Part shown: positions 10,313 through 20,755 of the stretch, piece by piece
Numbering within the stretch: position 1 is the stretch's first letter
Layout of the letters: every line of letters starts with the position of its first letter
Source: a virus
Reading direction: 5' to 3' (one strand)
Length of the DNA stretch: 64,000 nucleotides
UHGV virus genome: UHGV-0164982
The notes under the pieces: model-generated
Databases searched by the model: none
The model's input: only the letters and a program-made list of their open reading frames with translations
What the model was told of the DNA's origin: nothing
Made by a program: the position numbers and the translations under genes

Positions 10313-10885
10313 ATGCCTAATCGCATTCCTCTCGATCCTGTATTGCCCAAAAATTTTGACTGCACTCCTAACGAGAAACGCTCTAAAGCTCAGCTGGACG
10401 CCTGGTGGGACCATCCCTATGGGGTTACAGAACATGACGGGAAAATTGTTGTTTATTGTCTGAATGGTGGCGCGTGGGACCGTCCATCCGTGCTTGGTTT
10501 GGCAAATAACTATGATGAAGCCTGTGAGCTTGCCGAAAGACAGCAGGCTAGATGGGTGAAAACACGGTCACAGCCGACATTCATGTTTTCAAAAGAACCG
10601 CCATTTATACTGGCGAGGATGCCGCAGCGACCGGATCATCAACAAGAAATTGTTGCTGAATTTTCCTCAAGGGATGAGATGAATCTCTTCTCATTAAAGC
10701 AGGAAGAAAGGGAGCGCGTCGAAGTGTCTCCAACTCTCGACCACAACCGGATGAACCTGGCCCAACTCGCCTGGTACAGCAAAGAATTAGAGATGTCTAT
10801 TGCCCGACTTGAAAACGAAAAAGCCGCTATCCAAGCCCAGCATGAAGCTGTCATTGCCAGGATACGAGAAGTTCAAAACGGTTAA
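10313..10885 (+). CDS. LexA-regulated protein (lxr position)
   Basis: 190-aa ORF divergent from humD across the SOS box. Confidence 0.5.
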   Translation: MPNRIPLDPVLPKNFDCTPNEKRSKAQLDAWWDHPYGVTEHDGKIVVYCLNGGAWDRPSVLGLANNYDEACELAERQQARWVKTRSQPTFMFSKEPPFILARMPQRPDHQQEIVAEFSSRDEMNLFSLKQEERERVEVSPTLDHNRMNLAQLAWYSKELEMSIARLENEKAAIQAQHEAVIARIREVQNG

Positions 10886-10891
10886 CTACCG

Positions 10892-11155
10892 CTATTTCTT
10901 TACGGCATCATCTTTCTGATATGCCGGATCGCTCCCTTTTGGCAACTGGAGGCTTAACTGCCGGTAGTGCCGTAGCCGTTCCATGAAATAGGTGCGCAGA
11001 TTCTCTGGTTGCTCGCGGGCTACCTGTTCAGCTATGACAGGTATGTTCAATCGCTCTTTGTACGCCACACCGCTGGCAGCCAGATCAACGTTAACCTTAT
11101 CCCGTTCTTCCTGACTTTTAGCTGCAATATTCCAATCGTGCATATCAAATCCCAT
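10892..11155 (-). CDS. hot: Hot, homolog of DNA polymerase III theta subunit
   Basis: [36 protein letters not shown] aligns to E. coli HolE. Confidence 0.85.
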   Translation of the reverse strand: MGFDMHDWNIAAKSQEERDKVNVDLAASGVAYKERLNIPVIAEQVAREQPENLRTYFMERLRHYRQLSLQLPKGSDPAYQKDDAVKK

Positions 11156-11592
11156 CCAGAATAATTGAGTAACGACTATTATTTAACCAGCAAAGTAACT
11201 TTTAATTTTTTTTCTTCTCCCATTGATTTTTGTGCACAGCTTATCTGCCTTGCCGTGCGCAGAATCAACTTTTTTCTTCCTGATTTATCCACAAAGTTAT
11301 GCACTTGCAAGAGGGCCATTTTCTAAATATTGTGATGTTTCACAAATGAAATGAATTTTGATTAATGAAGATAAGGAGAAAATTTGAGATGCAATCATGA
11401 CGTTAATAGATAGGGTCTGCATTACAGACCCCATCCGCATCAAGGAATTAGCCGTTCCCTGATGTTGTTCCGAAAACATGTGCCGTAAGCTCACGTTAAC
11501 GACTTTCTTTCACCGAATCCAACTATATAGGGGTTGGGTTTCTACGTCAACGTGAGCAAGTGCTCCTTTACATTTGACAAGGAACCACCTTA

Positions 11593-11730
11593 ATGACTGC
11601 TTTTTTTCAGTTCCTGAGTGCATTTTTAGATGCGCCTGTTATTAGCCAGATTCTGGCGATCATCCTCATCATCGTTTTGATTTTGCTTTTAAGGTCAGTA
11701 AAAAATGGAATTATGCACTGGCTTACTTAA
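11593..11730 (+). CDS. small hydrophobic peptide (45 aa, single predicted TM helix)
   Basis: MTAFFQFLSAFLDAPVISQILAIILIIVLILLLRSVKNGIMHWLT; below the ORF-track size cutoff, found by hand. Confidence 0.35.
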   Translation: MTAFFQFLSAFLDAPVISQILAIILIIVLILLLRSVKNGIMHWLT

Positions 11731-11804
11731 TGTTCAGTGAAACATTAAAATCTCCTTGATGTGGAAACAATCATTTTCTGTATGTGCTGGTGGGTACCTG
11801 TAGT

Positions 11805-12167
11805 TCAGCTTTCGTTGGCATTTAACTTCGTCTTTGCTTTCTCCACCAGCAACTTCCAGATGCCTATTTCATTAGCAGCCGCCTTGATGGCGGCATAAAA
11901 AGCATCTTGCTGATCGTAACGCTGAATCTGTTTTTTCAGTTTTGCCTCCACCAATTTAATTTCATTACGTGCTTTCTGAAGCCGCAGCGCCGCCCGGTTA
12001 CGTCTGTTCTTGTATAGCGCGTTAATCTCTGACAATTGCTTTAATTTACCAGCCTGACTGCGGATTATCGCCTCTCTGACTTCTGCCGTGCGTCTCATCT
12101 GATCTCTTAAGAGTTCACCGTTTTCGATAATTCTTTCAAGGTGTTTGATGTGATCTGCAACTCTCAT
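11805..12167 (-). CDS. coiled-coil protein (P1 pmg-type early operon)
   Basis: 120-aa ORF, overlapping stop/start with upstream gene. Confidence 0.5.
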   Translation of the reverse strand: MRVADHIKHLERIIENGELLRDQMRRTAEVREAIIRSQAGKLKQLSEINALYKNRRNRAALRLQKARNEIKLVEAKLKKQIQRYDQQDAFYAAIKAAANEIGIWKLLVEKAKTKLNANES

Positions 12168-13135
12168 ACTTCACCCTCGCTTGTATCGCCAGCATCCACC
12201 AGCGGCAATAAAGCCCTGGCCATCTTATGAACCAATAGTGCATCAATAATGCCAAGCGTATGCCCCGGCTTAATGTTTAATGCCGCCTCAAGGTGACACC
12301 TTTCCAAGCCACTTTTCTCGGCTTGTTTATGATGATCTGGCGTAATAACGTCGCCCAAAACACGGCTAATTCTTTCTCGTAATTGCTGGGTGCCCGCACA
12401 CTTGATCGCTGTATCGTGGAGACGGTTAACCAGTTCGCGATAAACATGCGGTTTAATGCGGATACGTTCACCGGTGACGCCCTTTCCTGGCCCTGGCACC
12501 GAACTATCCGGAATATCCGGATAGTTGCCATTCACAAGGTCAGCTCGAACATATAGTGTGTCATCATGGTGCTGATTGTGGCTGCACCACGTTAATTCGC
12601 TTAACTCGCCATCTTCTGGCCATACTCCAGCTGTTTGCAGCCAGATATGGGCTGGCGCATCTTGGCAAGGTGTATTAACTGGCAACTTGTAAGTTTGGCT
12701 TACAGGTTCAGCACCATGAAGCATGGCGTCGCTCCGCTCTATGCCATCCAGCGCGATTCGCAGTGCCTGAATTGTGGTAGAGCTATCGTTTGGGGCTATT
12801 CCATATCGCTCGAATACAGCTAAATGGTTGCGCATAATCTCAGGCGTAAGCTCTTTGTAAGCATAAGCAAGAGGCTCTGATGCATTATCCGGCACAACCG
12901 ACGCAGGCGCGGCAGCATAAACAGGAATAACGTCAGCTTGCTCTTTATTGCTTTCATCCGTTAAAGCCCAGAATAATTTCCCGGCAGGATGTTTGAAAAT
13001 ATAAGCAACTGGATCTGCTTCCAGCGATGCAAGTGCAATTTCATAAGCACGGTGCTCAATATTGTCTCGAACGTCCAGGCCGCCTATGCGCTCTTTGATT
13101 TCTTTAATCAGTTCTTTGTCGGTAAAAGTGGTCAT
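12164..13135 (-). CDS. hypothetical protein (P1 pmg-type early operon)
   Basis: 323-aa ORF, translationally coupled to neighbours. Confidence 0.55.
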   Translation of the reverse strand: MTTFTDKELIKEIKERIGGLDVRDNIEHRAYEIALASLEADPVAYIFKHPAGKLFWALTDESNKEQADVIPVYAAAPASVVPDNASEPLAYAYKELTPEIMRNHLAVFERYGIAPNDSSTTIQALRIALDGIERSDAMLHGAEPVSQTYKLPVNTPCQDAPAHIWLQTAGVWPEDGELSELTWCSHNQHHDDTLYVRADLVNGNYPDIPDSSVPGPGKGVTGERIRIKPHVYRELVNRLHDTAIKCAGTQQLRERISRVLGDVITPDHHKQAEKSGLERCHLEAALNIKPGHTLGIIDALLVHKMARALLPLVDAGDTSEGEV

Positions 13136-13647
13136 GCCGCATTTCCTTCTTGCTTATTAACAATTACACCGTCATATATTTCATTAAGGTGCCCTCTCAA
13201 CTCCATGCGCCTTAATGCAGATAACATGTAATCGCATTCAACCTGCTTATTTCCAGTAAATGGCTTATCGTCAGGATTACCCCAACAGCAATTACCCTTG
13301 GGCCACCCATGTACTTTCCGTACTCTTCCGTTAACAACGTGAAGTAATCCCCAGCCAGCTGGTAAATCCTCAACTGAAATAATTCCCGGCTCACTAATAA
13401 AGAATCGCCAGTCGCCCATTCCAAGAGACGGATTTTTACGGAAACGCTTTTTTCTATCTGCCAACAAGTCAGCACGAGAACACTTCGCCTCTATCAGGCA
13501 TGATGCTGAATTTCTGAATCCCATAGCATCTGGCTGTTCTCCGGTACTGGTTACAGCTATAAAGCGGTCATGAAAACAAACCTTGAACCCGTTGCGCTTA
13601 AGGAACTTGTACGCAATCTGACAGAGTTCGCGGTGTGTTAACGCCAT
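13132..13647 (-). CDS. hypothetical protein
   Basis: Start ATG 13647 with AAGGAGAG RBS (MALTHRELCQ...), 171 aa. Confidence 0.55.
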   Translation of the reverse strand: MALTHRELCQIAYKFLKRNGFKVCFHDRFIAVTSTGEQPDAMGFRNSASCLIEAKCSRADLLADRKKRFRKNPSLGMGDWRFFISEPGIISVEDLPAGWGLLHVVNGRVRKVHGWPKGNCCWGNPDDKPFTGNKQVECDYMLSALRRMELRGHLNEIYDGVIVNKQEGNAA

Positions 13648-13648
13648 A

Positions 13649-13837
13649 TCACTCTCCTTTAGTGCGCAAATGGTTTTTCCAGCGGTTTTGCGCCGCGCTG
13701 GGCTTTTTGCAAAAACCACAATCCATCATCCCGTAATGTTTCATTAACCCCATCCGTCGGTTGCTGAGTCTCACCCACTGCCAGACGCCAGGAGCGTTTC
13801 TACGAACTAACAGAATCTTTGCTTTACGGTTTTTCAT
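13649..13837 (-). CDS. small basic protein
   Basis: 62-aa ORF abutting downstream gene start. Confidence 0.3.
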   Translation of the reverse strand: MKNRKAKILLVRRNAPGVWQWVRLSNRRMGLMKHYGMMDCGFCKKPSAAQNRWKNHLRTKGE

Positions 13838-14009
13838 CGTTTTGCTCTCCTGCGTCTCTTTGCTGCTCGTCGTGCCGATGCAATACCGGTATGGCGGCGC
13901 TTTGGTGCCGGGATGATGTTGTCAGCCATCAGGACATGTGGCTTTGCAATTAGCGCAGAAGCCCAAAAACGAGTCGGGTACGGTAACAAGCCGATACATG
14001 CCACACGCA

Positions 14010-14624
14010 TTACTCACCTCCTTTGATGCGAATGCCAGCGGCGCGTGGCACATTAACTTCCACGATGCGCACAGTTGGTTTGTACATCTCAATCGCAGTC
14101 AGCCAGTCAGCGCCAGTCATGCGCTTTTCTGCATCGCCATTAGTCCACTTAACCGGTACACCAATAGCCTTCATCGCGATTTCTATTTCCCCGGCAATGG
14201 CGCTTTTTCCGCAACCAGTAAAACCAGATACAACGACCAGAACTTCACCTTTGGCTGGTTTTATTCCCCGCGCTTCCAGTTCTGCTATGCGCTTACTTCC
14301 ATCCGAGATAACACCTTCGTAATACTCACGCTGCTCGTTGAGTTTTGATTTTGCCAACTCCAGTTGTTTTGTTAGTTCCGCAATACGGCAAACATCGTTG
14401 ATACGCGTTTCCTCTAATGCGTTGATCTCATCCAGTAGTGCCAGCACGGTTTCTGGTCCGGCCAGAAATTTGAAGGCGTTGAGGGCATCAATATCAACAC
14501 CGCTATCTTTAAGTTCCTGTTCGCTTATCAGATCATCATCAACTGGCAACATTAACAGGCGTTCCATTGCCGGAATTGCACGTTCCGCCGCCTCACGCAG
14601 TGCCTGGTAATTAATTTCGCTCAC
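14010..14624 (-). CDS. Ead/Ea22-like protein with C-terminal P-loop
   Basis: N-terminus MSEINYQALREAAERA typical of Ea22-like proteins; GFTGCGKS Walker-A-like motif. Confidence 0.6.
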   Translation of the reverse strand: MSEINYQALREAAERAIPAMERLLMLPVDDDLISEQELKDSGVDIDALNAFKFLAGPETVLALLDEINALEETRINDVCRIAELTKQLELAKSKLNEQREYYEGVISDGSKRIAELEARGIKPAKGEVLVVVSGFTGCGKSAIAGEIEIAMKAIGVPVKWTNGDAEKRMTGADWLTAIEMYKPTVRIVEVNVPRAAGIRIKGGE

Positions 14625-15292
14625 TGGTTGCCTCCTTTGCGAAGCTGTTCAGCAATACTTACGCATATCTCTGCGCCTCTAATCAGCCCCGGAACGTTCT
14701 TGTTTGGCCCAACTTCACCATCAACAAAATCAATCATCGCGTTACGAGCCATATCCACCCCCTGCGCCCGAACTTCAGCCAGGAAAGCGTCGGTGGCTGG
14801 AATTTGCGGCATCCCTCCGTCTGTTGCGCAGATATACGCATCAGATATTTCATCCTGCTGGCCATCAAACACGTAGCAACAGCCCCTGATAAACAGCTTC
14901 ATTGAGGCATTCTCCACTGCCAGCGCCGTGCGATTACCATCCAGCTCTGCAATGCGCTGTTTTGCGGCATCCAGTTCAATCGACAATTTTTCCAACTGCT
15001 CTTGATGCTTCTTGTATTCCTGATATGCGTGCCAAGACTGACCTTTGCGCACACTATCAGTGATATCAGTAATCTGTTCTGGTGTTAGCGTGGCCAGTGG
15101 CTGTGATGGGAAAATAAGCACTTTCCCGGAATCCCAATCAAAACCAGCGTGAATTGACTGAACCTCAACTGAAGGTGTTGAACCAATGCTGCCAGGCGAA
15201 TGAACAACGATCGTTACATCCATATCGCGACGATGGCTGTGGTTGTTGGACAAAATACGATTCACCAACTCAGAAAATTTGGAAAATTTCAT
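14621..15292 (-). CDS. Ea22-like paralog (C-terminal module)
   Basis: Shares ATDAFLAEVRA and AEQLRKGGNQ-type C-terminus with ORF 15576-16394. Confidence 0.55.
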   Translation of the reverse strand: MKFSKFSELVNRILSNNHSHRRDMDVTIVVHSPGSIGSTPSVEVQSIHAGFDWDSGKVLIFPSQPLATLTPEQITDITDSVRKGQSWHAYQEYKKHQEQLEKLSIELDAAKQRIAELDGNRTALAVENASMKLFIRGCCYVFDGQQDEISDAYICATDGGMPQIPATDAFLAEVRAQGVDMARNAMIDFVDGEVGPNKNVPGLIRGAEICVSIAEQLRKGGNQ

Positions 15293-15612
15293 GCTGATTC
15301 CCCTTTCTCTGCTCTCTCCTGTCGGAACATCACTATCATCAGGTCGCCTTTTGTCGCTATCCTGGCTGTTGTACCTGGTTCAATGCGGCTAAGCTCAAAT
15401 GCGTCATAGAACGCTTCTAATGCCTTCTGGCGTAGTTCCTGTTTGCGCCGTTTTTTCCACTGTTTTAGGAAAATGGAACCCAGCCATCGCCATGTACGGG
15501 ACATGATGTAAAGCCAACCGAGAAGTGCCAGACCGGTATTTAGGAGCGTATCGATCGTTATTGTCGTGTCGATATTCACTGGCTGCTTCCTTTGCGAATC
15601 TGTTCCGCCCAT
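15289..15612 (-). CDS. small membrane protein
   Basis: 107-aa ORF with hydrophobic segment LLNTGLALLGWLYI; overlaps neighbours. Confidence 0.3.
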   Translation of the reverse strand: MGGTDSQRKQPVNIDTTITIDTLLNTGLALLGWLYIMSRTWRWLGSIFLKQWKKRRKQELRQKALEAFYDAFELSRIEPGTTARIATKGDLMIVMFRQERAEKGESA

Positions 15613-16453
15613 TCTTCAAGGGATTTCTCCGCATATTCACCAGACAGGCCATCAATCGGATGCGCTTCATTAGCCAACTCTTCTTTCGCTGACAAAATCA
15701 TGCGTGTAACGTCGAAAACTTCACGCAAAGACTTATTGATAAATCCGTGATTGAACGCAGCAGCAAGACGGCTGGCGGTATAGTTAATCCCCTCGTTGCG
15801 TGCTTCAGCACGTACTTCAGCAAGGAAAGCATCGGTGGCTGGGGTTTCGACATTAGGTCGAAGCTCATAATCACAAACTCTTTCAATCCATGGTGATACT
15901 CTGTCGCATTTCCTCTTCTTGCGTTCACCGACCTTGGTTGCCTGCTGAATAATTACCCCCCAGCAAATGCTTTCGACCTCTTCGCTCCATCCATCGCAAG
16001 CATCGCCTCTATAGTCGTCAATTGCAGCCTCAGCAGCAGCGATAGCCTCCTCAGCAGTTTTGTGACACTCGAAACTAAATTCAGAGCCATATGAGAAATA
16101 CATAGCCCCGGCCTTCAGTCTTGCATTCTCCGCTGCCAGCGCCGCGCACTTGGCCTCAAGAGCGGCAACCACTTCCTGATGGTCTTTGTACTTAACGTAT
16201 GAGCCGGAGATGTCATCACCTTCGGTGTTTAGCCATGCGTCATTGCAATTCACTGCGTAGGTTCTGATGCTCATGCTGATGCTCTCCCGCCCCTGACAGA
16301 CACCAGGCCAGTCAATAAAGTATCCGCAATGCCTACCCTCAGACGTGCGCGCAGGATAAATGCCGTTATGACCGGCAAAATATATGCTACCCATTCATCT
16401 TGCGTTGCCTGTTCCGCCGCCTCGCGCAGTTCTTGATAGTTAATTTTGCTCAC
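15576..16453 (-). pseudogene. Ea22-like gene with apparent frameshift near 16395
   Basis: ORF 16271-16453 starts MSKINYQELREAAEQATQDEW then degenerates; protein-like sequence continues in ORF 15576-16394 in another frame. Confidence 0.45.
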
Positions 16454-17027
16454 TGGTTGCCCCCTGAATACGCTTAAACTCGATTACCCACACCCAAGGA
16501 TTAGCGTTCCAACTATCTTCGCCATAAATTGATTTCCATAGGCTACGGAAACTTGGGTAATGCTTATCGCCAATGAGGGTCGATTCTGTTGGTGCGCCCT
16601 CAGCCCTTGCATCGCATTCGCTGATATCGTTCAACCGCTCAACGCGCACGTTGGTAATTTCCAGAAGAATGCGCGATGCCCAGCGCGGCATGTGAATTGA
16701 TGGCGTCCACTTTTCTGATACTGGTTTATTACAAACCTCGACCGGAACCCGGTGCGTTTGTTCTGTCCAGGAGTTACGCACGCTTGCGCGATAAACCAGC
16801 GTTGCGACGTCCGTCGCTTTGCCATGTACCCGGTAGGTTTCGCGAACCCAAATACGATCGCCCGGTTGACCATATGGACAATGCTTGGCAAGCAACTCTG
16901 CGGCCACTGCCCGTCCATAGAATTTTTCTTCAACAATCCTGCGAGTCTGTGTTTTATTCCCGCCAAGAATTGCCCGGACCATCTCATCGTTAAAAATCAT
17001 GCCGCGCTCTTTCACTTCGCCTTTCAT
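16440..17027 (-). CDS. conserved phage protein of unknown function
   Basis: 195-aa ORF (MIFNDEMVRAILGGNKTQTRR...), first sizeable gene downstream of operator at 17206. Confidence 0.5.
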   Translation of the reverse strand: MKGEVKERGMIFNDEMVRAILGGNKTQTRRIVEEKFYGRAVAAELLAKHCPYGQPGDRIWVRETYRVHGKATDVATLVYRASVRNSWTEQTHRVPVEVCNKPVSEKWTPSIHMPRWASRILLEITNVRVERLNDISECDARAEGAPTESTLIGDKHYPSFRSLWKSIYGEDSWNANPWVWVIEFKRIQGATSEQN

Positions 17028-17205
17028 GCATCCCCCTTACCCATGTGCGACGATGCCGCCAAAAGTGATAGAGAACAGCCAGAAATAGATCGCGGCCATA
17101 ATGATTTTGAATGCCGTGTTCATATTTTCAGCTCCTGTGATTGATTGGATACATGCCGCGCCTTGCGGCATGTTTTTATTTTCACTTTCTCTGTTTTAAA
17201 AATCA

Positions 17206-17222
17206 ATATTTATTAGAGCAAT
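17206..17222 (-). promoter_or_regulatory. C1 operator-like site
   Basis: ATATTTATTAGAGCAAT, 16/17. Confidence 0.7.
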
Positions 17223-17728
17223 TATTGTTGATGGAGAAGCGCGTTTTCATACTCCCTGACCATTAACGTAAGCACGCCGTGCCTCCTGAAAACACGCGCC
17301 ACTTCAATCTTATCTTCCAGCGCGAACGCAATTTTACTTAGACCAATTTTCTTAAGGAGATCAATCTTTGCTGGACCGTCATTTCTGTCATCGGTGGCAG
17401 GACGCATAGATAGCAAAGGCTCAGCCCCATTTGTTACGTGCTTACGCAACCAGGCTCGTGTTTTATCCCTGGCTATCTCACAGCGCCCGGTTACAAACCA
17501 GAGGGTGTAAATGCCGGACAACTGGCGCACCATATCAATAACTGGAGTGATGGGAGCATCAGTGTCACAGGCAAGGTTAAACTCGTTCCAGTGCTCTGTT
17601 AATGCACCTTTGCCAGGTGGTGGAAGTAAATGCAGCCTGTCTTCCGTTGCCTCTGATATCGTCCCATCAATATCTACTATGACGATGTACGGACGTTCCT
17701 GGTGTGCGTGTTTATTGAAAATACTCAA
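17222..17728 (-). CDS. HAD-superfamily phosphatase (pap position)
   Basis: 168 aa with VDIDGTI (DxDGT) motif. Confidence 0.55.
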   Translation of the reverse strand: MSIFNKHAHQERPYIVIVDIDGTISEATEDRLHLLPPPGKGALTEHWNEFNLACDTDAPITPVIDMVRQLSGIYTLWFVTGRCEIARDKTRAWLRKHVTNGAEPLLSMRPATDDRNDGPAKIDLLKKIGLSKIAFALEDKIEVARVFRRHGVLTLMVREYENALLHQQ

Positions 17729-17800
17729 ATGCCCTCCTCATTGGACGAAAAAAATGCTGGTGGGAGCACTCCACCAGCATTAAAAGTGACACTGTAACTA

Positions 17801-19063
17801 TCAGCGAACGTAAATAGTGCCGCCGTTCTCTTTTTCCCATGCATCGCTACGTGCATAGCAAACATCGAGAAGTCTTCTTGCCGCAGTTTCCTCTAAACCC
17901 AATTCGACAACCAACTGCTCATGACGGCGGGTAACCACATCAAACAGGGTATGCAGCCCTTTAGTTGCCAGATCATCAATGAATTCCGGTTCGAACGGCA
18001 GCTCTGCATCTGCCAACATAACCTCTTGCGCCCACTCGACACGGCGGACCAGTTCCGGGCGGCGGCTTTCCATCTCTTTACAGATCAATTCATGGAAGAA
18101 CTCTACCCAACCTTCCGGCTGGAACTCGCGGAAAATTGCCAACGGCTGGAAGTTTGGCATCAACCATTCGTTGATTCGGATATCAATGGCGTAGCCCATG
18201 TCGCAGCAGAACTGATAAGCAAAGTCCAGCTTAGAAACGATATAAGGACGCTCGTTATTGAACTCTTTAGGCGATGAGATCCCATAAGCCAGGAGACGCG
18301 GGAAGAAGGAGATTTGCCCTAACGTCGGATGAAGTTTGCTTGCAGGGAAACGGTGCTCAGTAATGCCATACATTTCCTTCTTGAGCGTCGCAAATTTGGC
18401 ATTCTCATTAACCAGCGCGGTAACCTCTGCTTTTTTATTAGCAAATGCCACGCGCGCCTCGCTTGCATCTTTAATAGTTTTTTTGAGCTGTTGGTTAAGG
18501 TCGGCGACCTGCTTACGCAGTTCCTGTCGCTCGCTTTTAGCTTTGTTATAGCGTTTCTCAAGGTTAAAAGGATCAAGTTTCATGATCTCTTTATATTGAG
18601 ATTTTAGCGTTGAAATCTGTGAGTTCCGCAGTTCAACCATCGCGGTCATTTCATTGAGTTTTGTTTCCAGCTCAATGCTTATACGTTCGGCATTATCAGC
18701 ACGCTGGTTGGCGTCATGCGTCGCATCGTCGATCGCGTCCTGTTGCTGGCGTTTCAAATGTTCAATTTCCAGCTGAAGCTCTTCAATTTCTTTACCCTTC
18801 AGACCGAGATCCAACTGCATATTTTCAGCTGCATCTACCAGGGAGTTATGGCTATCAGCTTCTGCGTTATAAACATCAATAAGCTGTGCGTGAAGCATCT
18901 CCGCTGACTGAACCGCATTATCAAAAAAACGCGCTGTGAGGTCATCACAACTAACGCGGCGTTGCGCGGCCCGGATGTTCTGGATAATGGCCGGGATACC
19001 GGCATTCAGGACGTCAGGGATAGATACATTTTCGATTGATTGGTTTTGTGCTGAAGTGCTCAT
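17801..19063 (-). CDS. hypothetical protein with N-terminal coiled coil
   Basis: 420-aa ORF downstream of operator pair. Confidence 0.5.
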   Translation of the reverse strand: MSTSAQNQSIENVSIPDVLNAGIPAIIQNIRAAQRRVSCDDLTARFFDNAVQSAEMLHAQLIDVYNAEADSHNSLVDAAENMQLDLGLKGKEIEELQLEIEHLKRQQQDAIDDATHDANQRADNAERISIELETKLNEMTAMVELRNSQISTLKSQYKEIMKLDPFNLEKRYNKAKSERQELRKQVADLNQQLKKTIKDASEARVAFANKKAEVTALVNENAKFATLKKEMYGITEHRFPASKLHPTLGQISFFPRLLAYGISSPKEFNNERPYIVSKLDFAYQFCCDMGYAIDIRINEWLMPNFQPLAIFREFQPEGWVEFFHELICKEMESRRPELVRRVEWAQEVMLADAELPFEPEFIDDLATKGLHTLFDVVTRRHEQLVVELGLEETAARRLLDVCYARSDAWEKENGGTIYVR

Positions 19064-19297
19064 TTCAAAGTTCCGTATTAGCTTGTGCTTCGGTCATTTT
19101 TCCTAAGTATGAAGGAGGAAGGACTACGCAATTTGTATCCAGTCCCTCACCTATGGCAGCCTGTAAAATTCTGGCTAAGGTGAGTCTCTTGTTGCGATAC
19201 CTGGTGATGACATGCCTGATACCGCCGGTCGGCGTAACAAAGGCGATCAGCCAGTAGTGATATTTCCGTCGGAATGGCCACATAGTGCACCTTGTAG

Positions 19298-19314
19298 ATT
19301 GCTCTAATAAAAAA
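19298..19314 (+). promoter_or_regulatory. C1 operator-like site
   Basis: ATTGCTCTAATAAAAAA, 14/17. Confidence 0.55.
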
Positions 19315-19339
19315 CGTGATGAGTGTACATCACGTTTTA
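19311..19339 (-). terminator. rho-independent terminator-like hairpin between two operator-like sites
   Basis: AAAACGTGATG-N7-CATCACGTTTT followed by T-run on minus strand. Confidence 0.45.
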
Positions 19340-19346
19340 AAAATAT

Positions 19347-19363
19347 GGAATTATTAGAGCAAT
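19347..19363 (-). promoter_or_regulatory. C1 operator-like site
   Basis: GGAATTATTAGAGCAAT, 14/17. Confidence 0.5.
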
Positions 19364-19364
19364 A

Positions 19365-20066
19365 TTATTCTGATTCTCGCTCAAAAAATGAGCTGATAAG
19401 GGGAAGCCAATCCTCTGACACTTCGCGAGGTCGCGGTTTGCCGTGGAAAAAGATTATTCGGCAGTCTTTTGGTAATGCCCCATTCCCCCTGGAGTAACGC
19501 GCGCTCGCATATTTTGAACCAGGTTCCACAACATCGGCCTTGTAACTTACAAACCATCCTGGATACAGATCCTGAAATGCTGGTGTATCATCGCCCATAA
19601 CCTTTCGTAAGAACCCCTGGTCACCCCAACACTCAGTAGTGACACAACGAGAAATCCAACCTTCCGGATCTTGCCAGAATGCACTCCAGATATGCGCTTT
19701 AACACTATTTGGTATCCACAGGGCACCGCTGCCACGATATTGTGGATGGTAAAAATCCCTAAGCATGGTGAAGCTGGTTGGTGGATGCTCTAGGATTGGG
19801 CGTATATCACCGGCAATAACCGTGTCCAAATCCAGATAGAACAGATCATCGGTTATATCCGGTCGGAACAACTCGATTTTCGCCCACCAGCCACGGCACT
19901 TTTGCCACTGGTTGATCAATGGGACAACTTTGACGCCAGGTACATGTAAACGCTTCAGGTCTGTCAGGCAAATAATTTCATAGCCTTTTGGCAGTTGATT
20001 AACCAGCCACTGCACATCGGAAGCGTTATAGTCACCACCAGAGCGAAAAACTAAAGCAATCTTCAT
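19365..20066 (-). CDS. putative glycosyltransferase-like protein (DxD motif)
   Basis: 233 aa; YLDLDTVI motif; fold assignment from pattern only. Confidence 0.35.
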   Translation of the reverse strand: MKIALVFRSGGDYNASDVQWLVNQLPKGYEIICLTDLKRLHVPGVKVVPLINQWQKCRGWWAKIELFRPDITDDLFYLDLDTVIAGDIRPILEHPPTSFTMLRDFYHPQYRGSGALWIPNSVKAHIWSAFWQDPEGWISRCVTTECWGDQGFLRKVMGDDTPAFQDLYPGWFVSYKADVVEPGSKYASARYSRGNGALPKDCRIIFFHGKPRPREVSEDWLPLISSFFERESE

Positions 20067-20755
20067 GCTGCACCATCACCTTTCACTTTCATCAATGTCA
20101 GGTTTCCGCAAAATACGGCACCAGTGTCGATATACTGCTGATTCCAGAATGTCTTCGGGCTTTTCACCGGAGTGTGACCAAAGATAAAACGATCTGCGCC
20201 CGAAATTTCGCCACCAATATCATCCATCGAATCACTGATACGCTCGCGCGCCCAGACAACGTTGAAAAGCGGCACCTCCTTACCGAATTGGTATTCATTA
20301 TCCGGATAGTCGGCATGGGCTATAACGATAGTTTCTTGCCCGGTGTTCAACTCAATGATATAGGGCAGACGCTTTACCAGCTCCACCAGCGCCCAGGCTA
20401 ATATTTCCTGATCAGTGTCCAGCATGAAGAACCATTGTCCGCCATTCATTAGCCAGTTATTCACGTTGCCATCAGGACTTAACGCATCGAGCATCAACCG
20501 CTCATGGTTCCCCATTACTGCCCTGAACCAGGGCATCTGCAATAGTTCCAGACATTCGACATTTTCAGTACCGCGATCGATAAGGTCGCCGACCGATATC
20601 AGTAAATCCTGCGCCGGGTCAAAATCCACACGATGGAGTTCGGATATCAGTCTGGTGTAGCAACCATGCAGATCACCAACAACCCAGATATTCCTGTATT
20701 TGGTACCGTCGATACGGTGATAAATTGTTGGTGCCATCATGTATTCTTCAGCCAT
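20063..20755 (-). CDS. ppp: Ser/Thr protein phosphatase (lambda PP-like)
   Basis: GDLHGC, GDLIDRG, GNHE metallophosphatase motifs. Confidence 0.85.
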   Translation of the reverse strand: MAEEYMMAPTIYHRIDGTKYRNIWVVGDLHGCYTRLISELHRVDFDPAQDLLISVGDLIDRGTENVECLELLQMPWFRAVMGNHERLMLDALSPDGNVNNWLMNGGQWFFMLDTDQEILAWALVELVKRLPYIIELNTGQETIVIAHADYPDNEYQFGKEVPLFNVVWARERISDSMDDIGGEISGADRFIFGHTPVKSPKTFWNQQYIDTGAVFCGNLTLMKVKGDGAA

